The notes beneath the pieces were generated by a model. The model had not been told where the DNA came from and made no database searches. It saw nothing but the letters and a program-made list of their open reading frames with translations. A program made the translations under genes and the position numbers. A stretch of 64,000 bases of DNA from an uncultured bacterium (GTDB lineage: Bacteria > Krumholzibacteriota > Krumholzibacteriia > WVZY01): the NCBI GenBank assembly GCA_964654695.1, contig CAZZKJ010000002.1, forward strand, positions 1,363 through 65,362, written 5' to 3'. Below are positions 8,977 to 18,614 of the stretch, piece by piece. Within the stretch, counting starts at the first letter, position 1, and each line of letters begins with the position of its first letter.

Positions 8977-11067
8977 CTACTTGGCGATTTTCTTCAGTTC
9001 GAAAGTCAATCCCTGCGCAGGCATCTCCTGCTTGATCATTATATGAGGAAGATCCTTTGTCAGATATAAAAAAGATTCTCCCTCAGGTTGTTTTACACTT
9101 ACCTTATATACCGCGAAATCACCAGCGGTAACGGAGATTTTTTCTTCACCGGCAACCACGGCCTGGACGTTGCTCAAGCCCCCGGTGGATGTGTGAAATA
9201 CCGGGAACTTATAAGTTTTATCGACCTCCAGCGGCAGCACGGAAAGCGCGTACTCCAATTCGCCGCTAAAAATAGCTCCTTCCACCATGGCTTTATCGAC
9301 ACTCTTGGCCTCTTTAGCCTGCATGGTCTTGATATTTCCGGTTACCCTGCTGCCTTCGCAGGTCAGGCTGGCATTCATAGTGTTGGGGCCGGCCGCCATG
9401 CGGCTCTCTACCTTTATGGGCGTAAAATCGACGGCTTTGAATGAGAGCGTCTCGTTCATCGAGATCATTCCGGCAATCGAGCTGGAAACTTCGAATGCCT
9501 TTTCGCCGCTGATCTCGGTCCTCTTCAGATTCACTTGAAGATCGCCCAGGGCCATTTGAGGAACTGCGAGGCTGTACGTACACTGCATGTCCTTTAGAAC
9601 TGATGTATCGTAATCGTAATCAGCCGGCTCAACTTTCAGCTCCGCAATTGACAGGGGGCTGCCTTCCAGATCGAAAAGCTTTACCGGGAAGATATCTTTT
9701 ACCTTGTCATATATAACCGAGGCATCGCCTACAAGAACTATATTCATTTTCTCGGGATGCAGGTATTTTTTCATTGCCGAAGCGACTTCCTCAACACCGA
9801 TCTTTTCGACATGATCCCTGTATTCTTCCAGATACTTCTTGCCGCGGCCGAGAAGCTTCACTCGGACCACCTGCGAAGCTATCTGGCTCGGTGTTTCGAT
9901 GGTGGTCGGGAAATTGCCGATCAAGTATGATTTGGCATTATCCAGTTCTTCCTTGCTCACCGGCTCATTTACTATTCGCTTCAGTTCGGTCATCAATTCG
10001 ACCAGAGCGCTGTCGGTAACCTCCGTCCTGACCTCAGTGCTGGCCCTGAAATAACCCAGATCTTTACCCGCCGTGAACCTGCTGTAAGCTCCATAGGTCC
10101 AGCCTTTATCCTCCCGCAGGTTCATGAACAACCTCGCATCGGCCCCGCCGCCAAGAACCCGGTTGGCGGTCACGACCGCCGGCCAGTCCGGATTCACCGG
10201 CATCAAGCCGGTATGTCCGGCAAGAATGTTGGTCTGAACAGCCCCGGCTTTGTGATACATATAGATCTTGTTGGTCTCTACCTGGGGAGAGGCCGTGTAC
10301 TCCACAACGGAAGGTTCGCCCTGCGCCCAGGAGCCGAAATACTTCTTTAGATCCTTTCTGACCCGCTTCCATTTTACGTCTCCTACAACCGCTACCAGGG
10401 CATTATTGGCCACATAATTCTTCTTATAAAAGGCCTCTATGTCCTCTCTGGTTACCGCCTCAACGGATTCGACCGACGGATGCTTGGCGTAGGGATGGTC
10501 GCCGTAAATAATTTCGCTGAAATGCCTGCCGGCCACCGCGCTCGGCTGCGACAGCTCCAGTTCAAGAGCGGTCTTGGTGCGCTTCCTCAGTTCCTGCAGC
10601 TCGTCCTCGGGAAAAACCGGATTAAAAATAATATCCTGCAGGTACTCATAAGCGGTGCCGATGTAGTCGCTTAAAATCGATACTGAAATGGTAGTAAAAT
10701 CATCGCTTGATGACAGGTTGACCGATCCGCCTGCGGATTCGATCCACTTAGCCAGTTCGTTTGAATTCTTGTCTTTGGTTCCCTTGTTGAGGAGATTTGC
10801 GGTGAAATCGGCCAGCGATTCCTTGCCGTCGGGATCGAGCACGGACCCGGACTTGAGAACAACCGCGATTGTAACCACAGGCTGTTCGTGATGTTCGACA
10901 ACTACTACATCGACGTTATTATCGGTTTTGAATTCTTTGAATGACGGGAAGGAAAGCTTCTTTATCTTCGCCGGCTCCGGAGGATTTTCTTTTGCCTGAA
11001 GAGAGAACCCGGCAAGCAAGACAGCCCCCGCCAGCAAAAACCCGATCATTACAGCATGTTTTTTCAT
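8977..11067 (-). CDS. M16 family peptidase, non-catalytic (M16B-like) partner with ~250-aa C-terminal extension of unknown function; signal peptide
   Basis: Signal 'MKKHAVMIGFLLAGAVLLAGFSLQA'. M16 N- and C-fold regions are present ('VVVVEHHEQPVVTIAVVLKSGS', 'NALVAVVGDV'), but there is no HxxEH zinc motif. The last ~250 aa have no recognisable domain. Confidence 0.65.
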   Translation of the reverse strand: MKKHAVMIGFLLAGAVLLAGFSLQAKENPPEPAKIKKLSFPSFKEFKTDNNVDVVVVEHHEQPVVTIAVVLKSGSVLDPDGKESLADFTANLLNKGTKDKNSNELAKWIESAGGSVNLSSSDDFTTISVSILSDYIGTAYEYLQDIIFNPVFPEDELQELRKRTKTALELELSQPSAVAGRHFSEIIYGDHPYAKHPSVESVEAVTREDIEAFYKKNYVANNALVAVVGDVKWKRVRKDLKKYFGSWAQGEPSVVEYTASPQVETNKIYMYHKAGAVQTNILAGHTGLMPVNPDWPAVVTANRVLGGGADARLFMNLREDKGWTYGAYSRFTAGKDLGYFRASTEVRTEVTDSALVELMTELKRIVNEPVSKEELDNAKSYLIGNFPTTIETPSQIASQVVRVKLLGRGKKYLEEYRDHVEKIGVEEVASAMKKYLHPEKMNIVLVGDASVIYDKVKDIFPVKLFDLEGSPLSIAELKVEPADYDYDTSVLKDMQCTYSLAVPQMALGDLQVNLKRTEISGEKAFEVSSSIAGMISMNETLSFKAVDFTPIKVESRMAAGPNTMNASLTCEGSRVTGNIKTMQAKEAKSVDKAMVEGAIFSGELEYALSVLPLEVDKTYKFPVFHTSTGGLSNVQAVVAGEEKISVTAGDFAVYKVSVKQPEGESFLYLTKDLPHIMIKQEMPAQGLTFELKKIAK

Positions 11068-11129
11068 ATTATGAGTTCCTCCTTGAACAATATTATCCCT
11101 GCCAAAACGGGAATTTAATGTATCAATGT

Positions 11130-12458
11130 CTACTTATTACCGGCCGGATTTGCGATTACAACAGTTCTGCTCTCCTGCCGGAAGTATTTCTTTGCGACCG
11201 TCATTATGTCTTCCTTGGTCACTTTCATGTATCTATCGATGTCCCCGTTTATATCAGCAAGGTCATCGTGGAACCAGGCGTAATGCTGGAGTGCTTCCGC
11301 CTTGTTGAGAACGGTTTCCCGCCCCTTTATAAAATCCGATTTGAACTGAATCTTCGCTTTATCAAGTTCTTTATCGGTAATCCCCTCTTTGAGGAGTATA
11401 TCGATTTCGTCATAAATCAAATCTTCGCAGGTCTTGATTTCCACATTCACGTTCGAAGCAGCAATAAACCGGAAAAGCCCCGGGCCCTTGCGGCTGTCGG
11501 TTCCACCCCATACCACGAACGCGGCCTCTTCATCCTTTACAAGCCTCTTGTGCATACGGCTCGATTCGCCCTCGGTGAGAATCCTGCTGAGAATACTGAG
11601 AGCGGGTGTGTCGGGGTGCTGGTGGGGCGGCACAAGATAAGTAATGAAAATCGCGGGAACATTGGCATTCTTATCATCGATGACTTTGCGCCGTTCCGCA
11701 TCATGGGGAGGCTCGTTACCGGTAACGGGCGGAGCGGCTGCGCTGCGGGGAATATCGCCGAAATAATGCTTCGCCATTTTAAACGCATCTTTGGTTTTTA
11801 CATCTCCGGTAATAACCAGCACGGCATTATTGGGAGCGTAGTACATGTTAAAGAATTTCTGAACGTCCCCAACCTCCGCATTATCGAGATCGACCATCTT
11901 GCCTATGACCGTGTGGCTGTAAGGAACGTAATCGAACGACAACGTATCCGAAGTCAGAAAAGCCGCACCGTAGGGCTGGTTGTCGACCCTGAGCCGGCGC
12001 TCCTCTTTTACCGTCTTGCGCTGATTTTCGAAATTTTCGGAAGAAATATTCAGGGATCTCATTCTATCGGCTTCGAGCCACAGGGCAAGATTCATCCTGT
12101 TTGCGGGAAGAACTTCAAAATAATTCGTCCGGTCTTCGGTAGTCGAACCGTTGCAGTTGCCGCCGGCCCGAGCCACGAATTGGAAATGTTCGGCTTTTTC
12201 CACGTTTTCAGAGCCCTGGAACATCATGTGCTCGAACAAGTGCGCAAAGCCGCTTCTTCCCTGTTCTTCATTGCGGCTTCCAACATGATACCAGACATCG
12301 ACTGCAACAATAGGCACCGAATGATCTTCGGATATGATCACACGCAGTCCGTTATCCAGAACATCTTCAGTGTAATCTATATGGCCCGCAGGTTTCCCGG
12401 CCGCGGCCGCTGAAAACAGCATGGCGGTGATCAGAAACATTAAACCTATTATTCTCAT
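11130..12458 (-). CDS. M16 family zinc peptidase (pitrilysin/insulinase-like), catalytic subunit
   Basis: Inverted zinc-binding motif 'HLFEHMMFQGS' (HxxEH) and downstream Glu in 'NAVLVITGDV'. Signal peptide 'MRIIGLMFLITAMLFSAAAAG'. It is transcribed immediately upstream of the non-catalytic partner. Confidence 0.8.
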   Translation of the reverse strand: MRIIGLMFLITAMLFSAAAAGKPAGHIDYTEDVLDNGLRVIISEDHSVPIVAVDVWYHVGSRNEEQGRSGFAHLFEHMMFQGSENVEKAEHFQFVARAGGNCNGSTTEDRTNYFEVLPANRMNLALWLEADRMRSLNISSENFENQRKTVKEERRLRVDNQPYGAAFLTSDTLSFDYVPYSHTVIGKMVDLDNAEVGDVQKFFNMYYAPNNAVLVITGDVKTKDAFKMAKHYFGDIPRSAAAPPVTGNEPPHDAERRKVIDDKNANVPAIFITYLVPPHQHPDTPALSILSRILTEGESSRMHKRLVKDEEAAFVVWGGTDSRKGPGLFRFIAASNVNVEIKTCEDLIYDEIDILLKEGITDKELDKAKIQFKSDFIKGRETVLNKAEALQHYAWFHDDLADINGDIDRYMKVTKEDIMTVAKKYFRQESRTVVIANPAGNK

Positions 12459-12757
12459 GGGACCTCCCTTTTCGGAATATTATGAATTCGATCAGCAAGA
12501 TTATCAATTGCACGGTGAGCGGGGTTGTCAACAGGAGATTCACCGCGTGCAAATGTGGTGGAATATTTGTACCATCTATCCGACACGTATGTCAAGGCAA
12601 TTAAGCCTTATACATTAATTCCGGCCATATTGAAATATCTTGCCAATTCGCTCTGCTTCAATTAACATGGCACCCTCGCAGTCCTTCGGCCCTCAGCCGG
12701 CGCCCCGGAGATAATCATTCAACAGTTACGGCCCGGAACAACCCGGGGGAACAGCTC

Positions 12758-14161
12758 ATGAGTTCAAAAAGAAACAGCAACAATCCTTCGCCAGGCAGCG
12801 TCCAATTCTTTTTCAACGGCCGCAGACTTTCGGGCCGCGCAGGGGAACCCGTCGCCAAGGCTCTTTTTAATAATGGAATACGCACCCTGTCGTTAAGCAT
12901 AAAATACCGGCGGCCCAGAGGCATAAGCTGCTTGCGCGGGCGGTGCGGCATGTGCCATGTCGAGATTGACGGCGTTCCGGGAGTACCCTCATGCACGACT
13001 CCGCTGCGGGAGGGAATGCGCATAATAAGAGAAGACTTCAAGCCTTTTTATGGACCGGCGGCGGCAGCTGCGGCGCGCCTGATTCCGCTTCCGGCCGGTT
13101 TTTATTACAGAACTCTTACACGGCCGCGATTCATAAACAAATTATTTCTCCGTTTTCTCCGAAGCATGGCCGGAGTGGGAAGAATGCAATACGGAACCGA
13201 CCCTACTCGCACTTCTTTCGCCCCGGCGGTTAAAGCTCATCTGAAGGATTCGTATGGAATAATCATCGTCGGAGCCGGCATCTCCGGTATGGCCGCTGCG
13301 AATGCCGCCTCCCTAGAAGGAACTGATGTGCTGGTCGTGGATGAGTATCCTCAGCCGGGCGGACATTCTTTCGGTCATCAGAACGATGAGCGGCTGGCGC
13401 GGCAGCGCGATCAATTGGCTTCGAAGCTTGCGAACGATACTTCCATTACATTTTCCCCGGAAACAACCGCATGCGGTTTCTATCCTCCCGGCACCCTTCT
13501 CGTGAAGACGGGGGGATATATCAAAAGGGTCTCATCCCGCGCGTTCATCTTCGCCGGGGGTTGCAGTGACTGCGTCCCCCTGTTCGAAAACAACGACATG
13601 CCCGGAATTTTCGGCGCCAGGGCTTTGAGGGTCCTTCTCGAACGGCATGATCTCATCCCGGGCAAGCACGCCGTTCTATATGGAGAAGGCGAGGAACTCG
13701 AAAATCTCGCCGATCTCCTCGATTACAGAGGAATAAAAACCACTTTGTCGGCATCGCCGTCCGAAGGCGAATGGAAAGCAAGAGAAAGCGCCGGCTCGGT
13801 TATGCGGCCGGCCCGGCTGACCGCCGCACGAGGCGGCTCCTGGGTGAAATACGCTGTTATGACATCACCAAGCGAACGGCCGAGCCATGTCGAACAAGCC
13901 TGCGATTTGATATGCACAGCTTTCCGGGGGCAGCCCAGTTATGAGCTGCCCTACCAGGCTGGATTTTCTTTTGAACTCGGCGGCGGCGCAGTGGAGGAGA
14001 ACCGTGTAATGATCCCCACATCAACCGAGAGGGAAAACGACCGGGGCGTGGCATTTCATTTAACAGGAGAACTGGGTGGTGTTTTGAAGTGGGAGAGCAA
14101 GATCGCTCACGGCACCACCGCGGGGAAAAAAGCCGCAGCATGGGCGGCTTCAAGAATGTAA
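12758..14161 (+). CDS. Oxidoreductase subunit with N-terminal SoxA-like 2Fe-2S domain fused to FAD/NAD(P)-binding domain (sarcosine oxidase alpha / HcnB / OoxA-like)
   Basis: N-terminal 'FFFNGRRLSGRAGEPVAKALFNNGIRTLSLSIKYRRPRGISCLRGRCGMCHVEIDGVPGVPSCTTPLREGMRI' is the SoxA-N-type ferredoxin fold with 4 Cys. It is followed by the dinucleotide motif 'IIIVGAGISGMAAANAASLEG-DVLVVDE'. Confidence 0.7.
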   Translation: MSSKRNSNNPSPGSVQFFFNGRRLSGRAGEPVAKALFNNGIRTLSLSIKYRRPRGISCLRGRCGMCHVEIDGVPGVPSCTTPLREGMRIIREDFKPFYGPAAAAAARLIPLPAGFYYRTLTRPRFINKLFLRFLRSMAGVGRMQYGTDPTRTSFAPAVKAHLKDSYGIIIVGAGISGMAAANAASLEGTDVLVVDEYPQPGGHSFGHQNDERLARQRDQLASKLANDTSITFSPETTACGFYPPGTLLVKTGGYIKRVSSRAFIFAGGCSDCVPLFENNDMPGIFGARALRVLLERHDLIPGKHAVLYGEGEELENLADLLDYRGIKTTLSASPSEGEWKARESAGSVMRPARLTAARGGSWVKYAVMTSPSERPSHVEQACDLICTAFRGQPSYELPYQAGFSFELGGGAVEENRVMIPTSTERENDRGVAFHLTGELGGVLKWESKIAHGTTAGKKAAAWAASRM

Positions 14162-14170
14162 AGAATCTCT

Positions 14171-14476
14171 ATGGGAAAAATCATCATTTGCCACTGCGAA
14201 GATGTAACGGTGGAAGAACTCCGCTCTGCAATAGCACAGGGCTATCGAGATATCGAGACCATCAAGAGATACACGGGAATAGCCACAGGGAAATGCCAGG
14301 GCAAATGCTGTCTCACACAGCTCATACGGCTTCTTGCGATGGAGAAAGAACGAGAGCGCCCCACCTTGACCACCATCAGACAGCCGGTTCTTCCTTTGAG
14401 GATAGACGAGATTATTGAAACATCCTCGCCCCCAAAAAGCGGGGACCGTGAGAACGAAGCGAATGAAAACAGCTGA
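14171..14476 (+). CDS. BFD-like (2Fe-2S)-binding protein (HcnA / sarcosine-oxidase small-subunit-like)
   Basis: 'IICHCEDVTVEEL....GIATGKCQGKCC' carries the CxC...CxxC BFD-like [2Fe-2S] signature. 101 aa. Confidence 0.65.
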   Translation: MGKIIICHCEDVTVEELRSAIAQGYRDIETIKRYTGIATGKCQGKCCLTQLIRLLAMEKERERPTLTTIRQPVLPLRIDEIIETSSPPKSGDRENEANENS

Positions 14477-15602
14477 TGTAATCATAATAGGCGGCGGCGT
14501 CAACGGGCTCGCAGGCGCTTATAACCTGTCCAAGATGGGTGCAGGAAGAATTATCGTCTTGGACTGCGGCTATATCGGATGCGGGGCCAGCGGCCGCTGC
14601 GGAGCGGGGATTCGGCAACAGTGGGGTTTGGATGAGAACATCATCCTGGCCAGGGAAAGCGTCAAGATTTACGAACAGCTATCCGGCGAACTTGGATTCA
14701 ATATTTTTTTCCGACAAGGCGGGTATCTCATGCTCATTTCCGACGACAGGGAATACGAAATCATATCCGGCACCATTCCCCGCCATAACGAGTTGGATGT
14801 GCCCACGGTCATGCTGTCTCCGCGGGAGATTGGCAGGCTGGTCAAAGGAATCAACCTGGCCGGTGTAATCGCGGGGGCTTTCTGTCCCAGTGATGGGACC
14901 GCTTATCCCTATGCAGTTCTATGGGGATATGCAGAAGCGCTGCGCAGAAGGAACGTGGAGATCATCACGCACACTCGCGTCACCGGCATAAAGAAGGAAA
15001 AACACGGGTTCAATATCGAAGCGGGAGGCAATATTTATGAGGCACCAGTAATTCTAAACACCGCCGGCGCTTTCTCGCGCGAAGTGGCGGCCATGCTTGG
15101 CATAGCCATTCCCACGAAGCCCATCAGGCACGAGATAGCAGTCACCGAGCCACTCAAGCCTTTTCTGGAGCCCATGATAATATCCATAAGAAAAGGCTTC
15201 TATTTTTCTCAGAGCATGAGGGGCGAAATCGTGGGAGGTATCGGCGATGCCGATGAGGAATCCTCCTGCGGCATCGGTTCTTCGTGCGAATTCCTATTCA
15301 ACTATTCTGCGGCCCTTCGCAAAATCTTTCCACCCCTGGGCAAAGCAAGAATTATCAGGCAGTGGGCCGGCCTTTATGATGTTTCTCCGGACGCGCGCCC
15401 GATTCTGGGCGGGGTTGAAGAAGTCGCCGGATACTATCATGCCTGCGGTTTCAGCGGCCATGGGTTCATGCTCGCCCCCATTGTATCAAAGCTTATGAGC
15501 GAATTGATAACCACCGGGGAAACATCCCTCCCGATTGACACGCTTGGCCTGGACAGGTTCTCCGGAAAAGATATCACAAGAGATCCGTACGTAGTCGGTT
15601 AG
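14463..15602 (+). CDS. FAD-dependent oxidoreductase, DAO family (sarcosine oxidase beta / HcnC / glycine oxidase-like)
   Basis: 'MKTADVIIIGGGVNGLAGAYNLSKMG...IIVLD' is the Rossmann GxGxxG FAD motif. The C-terminal 'HACGFSGHGFMLAP' is typical of DAO enzymes. I chose the internal ATG at 14463 (14-bp overlap with the upstream gene) over 14415. Confidence 0.7.
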   Translation: MKTADVIIIGGGVNGLAGAYNLSKMGAGRIIVLDCGYIGCGASGRCGAGIRQQWGLDENIILARESVKIYEQLSGELGFNIFFRQGGYLMLISDDREYEIISGTIPRHNELDVPTVMLSPREIGRLVKGINLAGVIAGAFCPSDGTAYPYAVLWGYAEALRRRNVEIITHTRVTGIKKEKHGFNIEAGGNIYEAPVILNTAGAFSREVAAMLGIAIPTKPIRHEIAVTEPLKPFLEPMIISIRKGFYFSQSMRGEIVGGIGDADEESSCGIGSSCEFLFNYSAALRKIFPPLGKARIIRQWAGLYDVSPDARPILGGVEEVAGYYHACGFSGHGFMLAPIVSKLMSELITTGETSLPIDTLGLDRFSGKDITRDPYVVG

Positions 15603-15654
15603 GGGATTATGCTGGAGCTCATCATCAATCAGGGGAACTGCTGATATAATCAAA

Positions 15655-17637
15655 TCATCTGGCCTTCGATCCCGACCTGCTTGATTCCACGAGCAGAGCA
15701 AACCTCTCGCCGGATTTGCGCAGGGCTTCCAGGTCGGGATCCTTGTAGGCCCACTCGAATGCGCTGTAACCGTTCTCAAAAGCCCGAGCCAATGCGCCAA
15801 AGGCGCTTTCGAGTTCGCCATGCAGGGAATAGGTGCATGCAAGATCGTAGAAAACCTGACCGTCCGGACCCGCCAGTTCTATGATTTTGAGAAAATATTT
15901 TTCGGCTTCGGCATAGCCGCCTCTCAGGTAGCATGTATTTGCGGCTCCCAGGTAGGCGTTGGTATAATAGGGATCAAGCTTAATGGCTTTATTATATTGG
16001 GTCAGGGCCGGACCGTATTCCTTCGATTTTTCGTAAAACACTCCCAGGTTGTAATAAGCCGGTGCAAAACTGCCGGATATCGACAAAGCTCGATCGTACA
16101 TTTTGGATGCATCTTCCCTGCGCCCCTGGATATCGAGTACATTAGCAAGCTGCACGGCTGCGTTGATCGACTCGGGATTTATTTTCAGCGCTTTTTCGAA
16201 TTTCGTTCCGGCCGCTTCGTAATCCCCCAGGGAAACAAGAGCCCTGCCGTGATTCAGCAGCGCCCGCCATTCATAAGGGTCCCCCGCTTCAATTATTTCG
16301 AACTCGGATATTGCCTGTTTGATTTGATGTCTTTCCAGGAGGGCGTTGGCATAATTGCCGTGAATCATCGGCGATTCCGTATTCCGGGCAGTTTCGGCGA
16401 ACAATGTGTAATCGTCCAACCAGTCGCGTGAACGGACATTGTCCGCGGCGGCATAGCCGGCGGCGATCATCGCCGCTGCCACCAGCGCGGGCCAACGCAA
16501 CCTGCGCCGCCCGACAAAGTACGCCCCGGCACCCCCGGCAATCAGGGCAAATGCCGCACCGGGAAAGTACAGGAATCTCTCGGCGAGAATCGGATCCGAG
16601 TATGGGGGAAAAACAACGACCGGCAGCAGCGTGCCCGCCAGCAGAAGAGCGGCAAATGCAAAAAGCGGTTCAAAGTCCGTATGTGAAATGTTCTTTCCCG
16701 GCACTTTCTTGAATGTTTCTCTCCATTTTATTACCGCGCAAATTGCGAACAAAAGAATTACCGCCCCGGCTGCGGTGTCGAAGGACGGCTCGACGGCTTC
16801 CACACCGTAGTGAGCCTTCAGCGGATACGGCAGTATGAGAAGTTTCAAATAGTATAAAAGAGATGCGAGGGAGACCGTGAATCTCTCCCCTATCGATCCA
16901 AAATCCCCCCCCAGGTCGATACCGGTTATCTTAATATGAATAGCGGTATACACTGAAAGCTCTATAAAGAACAGTCCCGCCGCCAACATGCCTTTTTTCA
17001 GCCTCCCGCCGGTGGATCTGAGGAAAATGAAAGCCAGCAGCACAAACGGAAGCACCGCCGCCGTTTCCTTTGATAAAAGAGCGCCTGCATAAAAAATTAC
17101 TGATGCAGCAAGCGCGAAAAAAGACCGCAGGCCTTTGCGCGAGAGGCCCTCAAATACGGCGGCCAGAGACGCAAGCGCGAACACCAGGCACAGCACATCG
17201 GTCCGTCCCGAAATCCAGGCCACGGATTCGACATGGACGGGATGAAGCGAGAAAACCAATGCCGACACAAGAGCGGCTGAAAACCGCCCGGTCAGCTGCA
17301 TGCAGACAACTGCAAGCAGGAGCGCGGCCAGCGCATGCAGGAGCAAATTGGTCGCGTGGAACCCCGCTGCATTAAGACCGTAGATTCGGTGATCGATGGC
17401 GAAACTGCTCCTTATCAGCGGTCTGTAAAATTCCGAAAAACGGGAAGGATCATCGAAAGTAACCCAGAAGTCCGAACCGAACACTCCGCCTATTATTTTA
17501 CCGGAAAGTACCTGGGTGTTTTTTTCCACCAGATCGTGATCGTCCCAGACGAAAGATCCGGACAGGCCCGGATAATACGCGCAAGCGACGGCAACGATGA
17601 TGATAGTACTGAGAACAAGCCAATAAAAGGGTTTCAT
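15655..17637 (-). CDS. TMTC-like protein O-mannosyltransferase: N-terminal multi-TM GT-C/DUF1736 domain fused to C-terminal TPR repeats
   Basis: 'YYPGLSGSFVWDDHDLV' is the conserved first-loop motif of TMTC/DUF1736 proteins. About 10 TM helices. The C-terminal ~270 aa contain about 7 TPR repeats ('YNLGVFYEKSKEYGPALTQYNKAIKLDP...'). Confidence 0.65.
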   Translation of the reverse strand: MKPFYWLVLSTIIIVAVACAYYPGLSGSFVWDDHDLVEKNTQVLSGKIIGGVFGSDFWVTFDDPSRFSEFYRPLIRSSFAIDHRIYGLNAAGFHATNLLLHALAALLLAVVCMQLTGRFSAALVSALVFSLHPVHVESVAWISGRTDVLCLVFALASLAAVFEGLSRKGLRSFFALAASVIFYAGALLSKETAAVLPFVLLAFIFLRSTGGRLKKGMLAAGLFFIELSVYTAIHIKITGIDLGGDFGSIGERFTVSLASLLYYLKLLILPYPLKAHYGVEAVEPSFDTAAGAVILLFAICAVIKWRETFKKVPGKNISHTDFEPLFAFAALLLAGTLLPVVVFPPYSDPILAERFLYFPGAAFALIAGGAGAYFVGRRRLRWPALVAAAMIAAGYAAADNVRSRDWLDDYTLFAETARNTESPMIHGNYANALLERHQIKQAISEFEIIEAGDPYEWRALLNHGRALVSLGDYEAAGTKFEKALKINPESINAAVQLANVLDIQGRREDASKMYDRALSISGSFAPAYYNLGVFYEKSKEYGPALTQYNKAIKLDPYYTNAYLGAANTCYLRGGYAEAEKYFLKIIELAGPDGQVFYDLACTYSLHGELESAFGALARAFENGYSAFEWAYKDPDLEALRKSGERFALLVESSRSGSKAR

Positions 17638-17743
17638 AGCAGCGCCAAACCTGTTGAGACCTCCGGGCGGAAAGCCATTCGCCGGGAATTAAACCTTGAT
17701 CTTACAGCGGGAAAGCCTTCCCTGCAATACACCATAATAATAA

Positions 17744-17783
17744 CCCCGACCGGCAACGGGATTCCGATGTGTACCGGTCGGGG
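17744..17783 (-). terminator. Candidate intrinsic terminator of the 4-haem cytochrome gene: 10-bp GC-rich inverted repeat (ccccgaccgg / ccggtcgggg) with a T/A-rich tail on the minus strand
   Basis: Perfect 10-bp inverted repeat at 17744-17753 and 17774-17783, 35-64 bp downstream of the 17818 stop. The minus-strand reading is followed by 'TTATTATTAT'. The loop is long (20 nt), which lowers confidence. Confidence 0.4.
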
Positions 17784-17817
17784 GTGCTTCGCCGCAGGCT
17801 CTCTCCTGAGCGACGAA

Positions 17818-18489
17818 TTATTTAATATGGCAAACCAGGCAAAGAGAGCTTGCCCCGACGCCCGTTCCCGCAGCGCCTTTCGTCTTAACGCGAAGCAAGT
17901 GGGTTCCCGATACCGATTCCAAATCATGCACATCATGGCAGGTTGAACACTGAACCTTGTTATTGTCCAGGACATCCTCGATTGTTCCCGAGGTGCCCAT
18001 GGTCGTTGTAACTGGGTTAAGACCCGCATCCGCCGTATTATAAGTAATAGAGATCGGATGCGTTCTGTTCAGATCTGCGTTGATCTTGTAGCCGGCATCA
18101 TAATCATCGATAAGCACCGTTCCGGCCGAATTGCCGTCGAAGTTATCGATGGCCACAGTTCCGTCATGGCAGCTGAGGCAGAGTTTGGAAACACCGCTGG
18201 GCTGGGTATCCTGCGTTCCATCCAGGGGAGGCATAATGGTAGAGTACATGGTGAATGTCTGGGTGGTAACGTTATGGTTCCAGAGCAATCCATTGTCCCC
18301 TAGCGTCCTTCCATGGTCATGAGGAACATGGCAAACGCGGCAAATCTCGACGCGTTTAGTATTCCAACCTTCAGCGCTAAAATCATGAGGGCTTCCAACA
18401 ATGCCGGATCCGCTGCCGCTGGCAAAAGCTGTCGCTCCGAAGAAGGAAACGAGAGCCAACGAAACAACTAGAAGCTTTAATGCTTTCAT
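17818..18489 (-). CDS. Tetrahaem c-type cytochrome (doubled-CXXCH family), secreted
   Basis: Four CxxCH motifs ('CRVCHVPH', 'CLSCHDG', 'CSTCHDVH', 'CLVCHIK'). Signal peptide 'MKALKLLVVSLALVSFFGATAFA'. Start placed at ATG 18489, because the 60-aa upstream extension in the ORF track contains the sigma-54 promoter. The 'SPHDFS...CxxCHxPH' motif is characteristic of the Geobacter-type paired CXXCH family. Confidence 0.75.
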   Translation of the reverse strand: MKALKLLVVSLALVSFFGATAFASGSGSGIVGSPHDFSAEGWNTKRVEICRVCHVPHDHGRTLGDNGLLWNHNVTTQTFTMYSTIMPPLDGTQDTQPSGVSKLCLSCHDGTVAIDNFDGNSAGTVLIDDYDAGYKINADLNRTHPISITYNTADAGLNPVTTTMGTSGTIEDVLDNNKVQCSTCHDVHDLESVSGTHLLRVKTKGAAGTGVGASSLCLVCHIK

Positions 18490-18614
18490 ATGGTCATGGT
18501 TGTCGTCGAAACAAAACAGATACCGTGAAGGTATCGGCAATGGTCCGCAGCAACGCTGTTTCGACTTCAACACTTCACCTCCTTCCCGCGGACTGATTTG
18601 TGTCCGCACTAAAT

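Noticed and set aside
10941-12413. 490-aa plus-strand ORF
   Set aside because: It lies entirely antisense to the two M16 peptidase genes, whose products carry clear HxxEH/M16 motifs. Its own translation has no motifs and odd composition, so it is a shadow ORF of high-GC coding DNA.
12660-12680. Partial sigma-54-like element TGGCACcctcgcAGTC upstream of the flavoenzyme operon
   Set aside because: The -24 half is perfect, but the -12 region reads cAGT rather than TTGC. Without the GC dinucleotide at the correct spacing it is probably coincidental.
15820-16431. 203-aa plus-strand ORF
   Set aside because: Antisense to the TMTC-like gene, whose TPR repeats are unambiguous on the minus strand.
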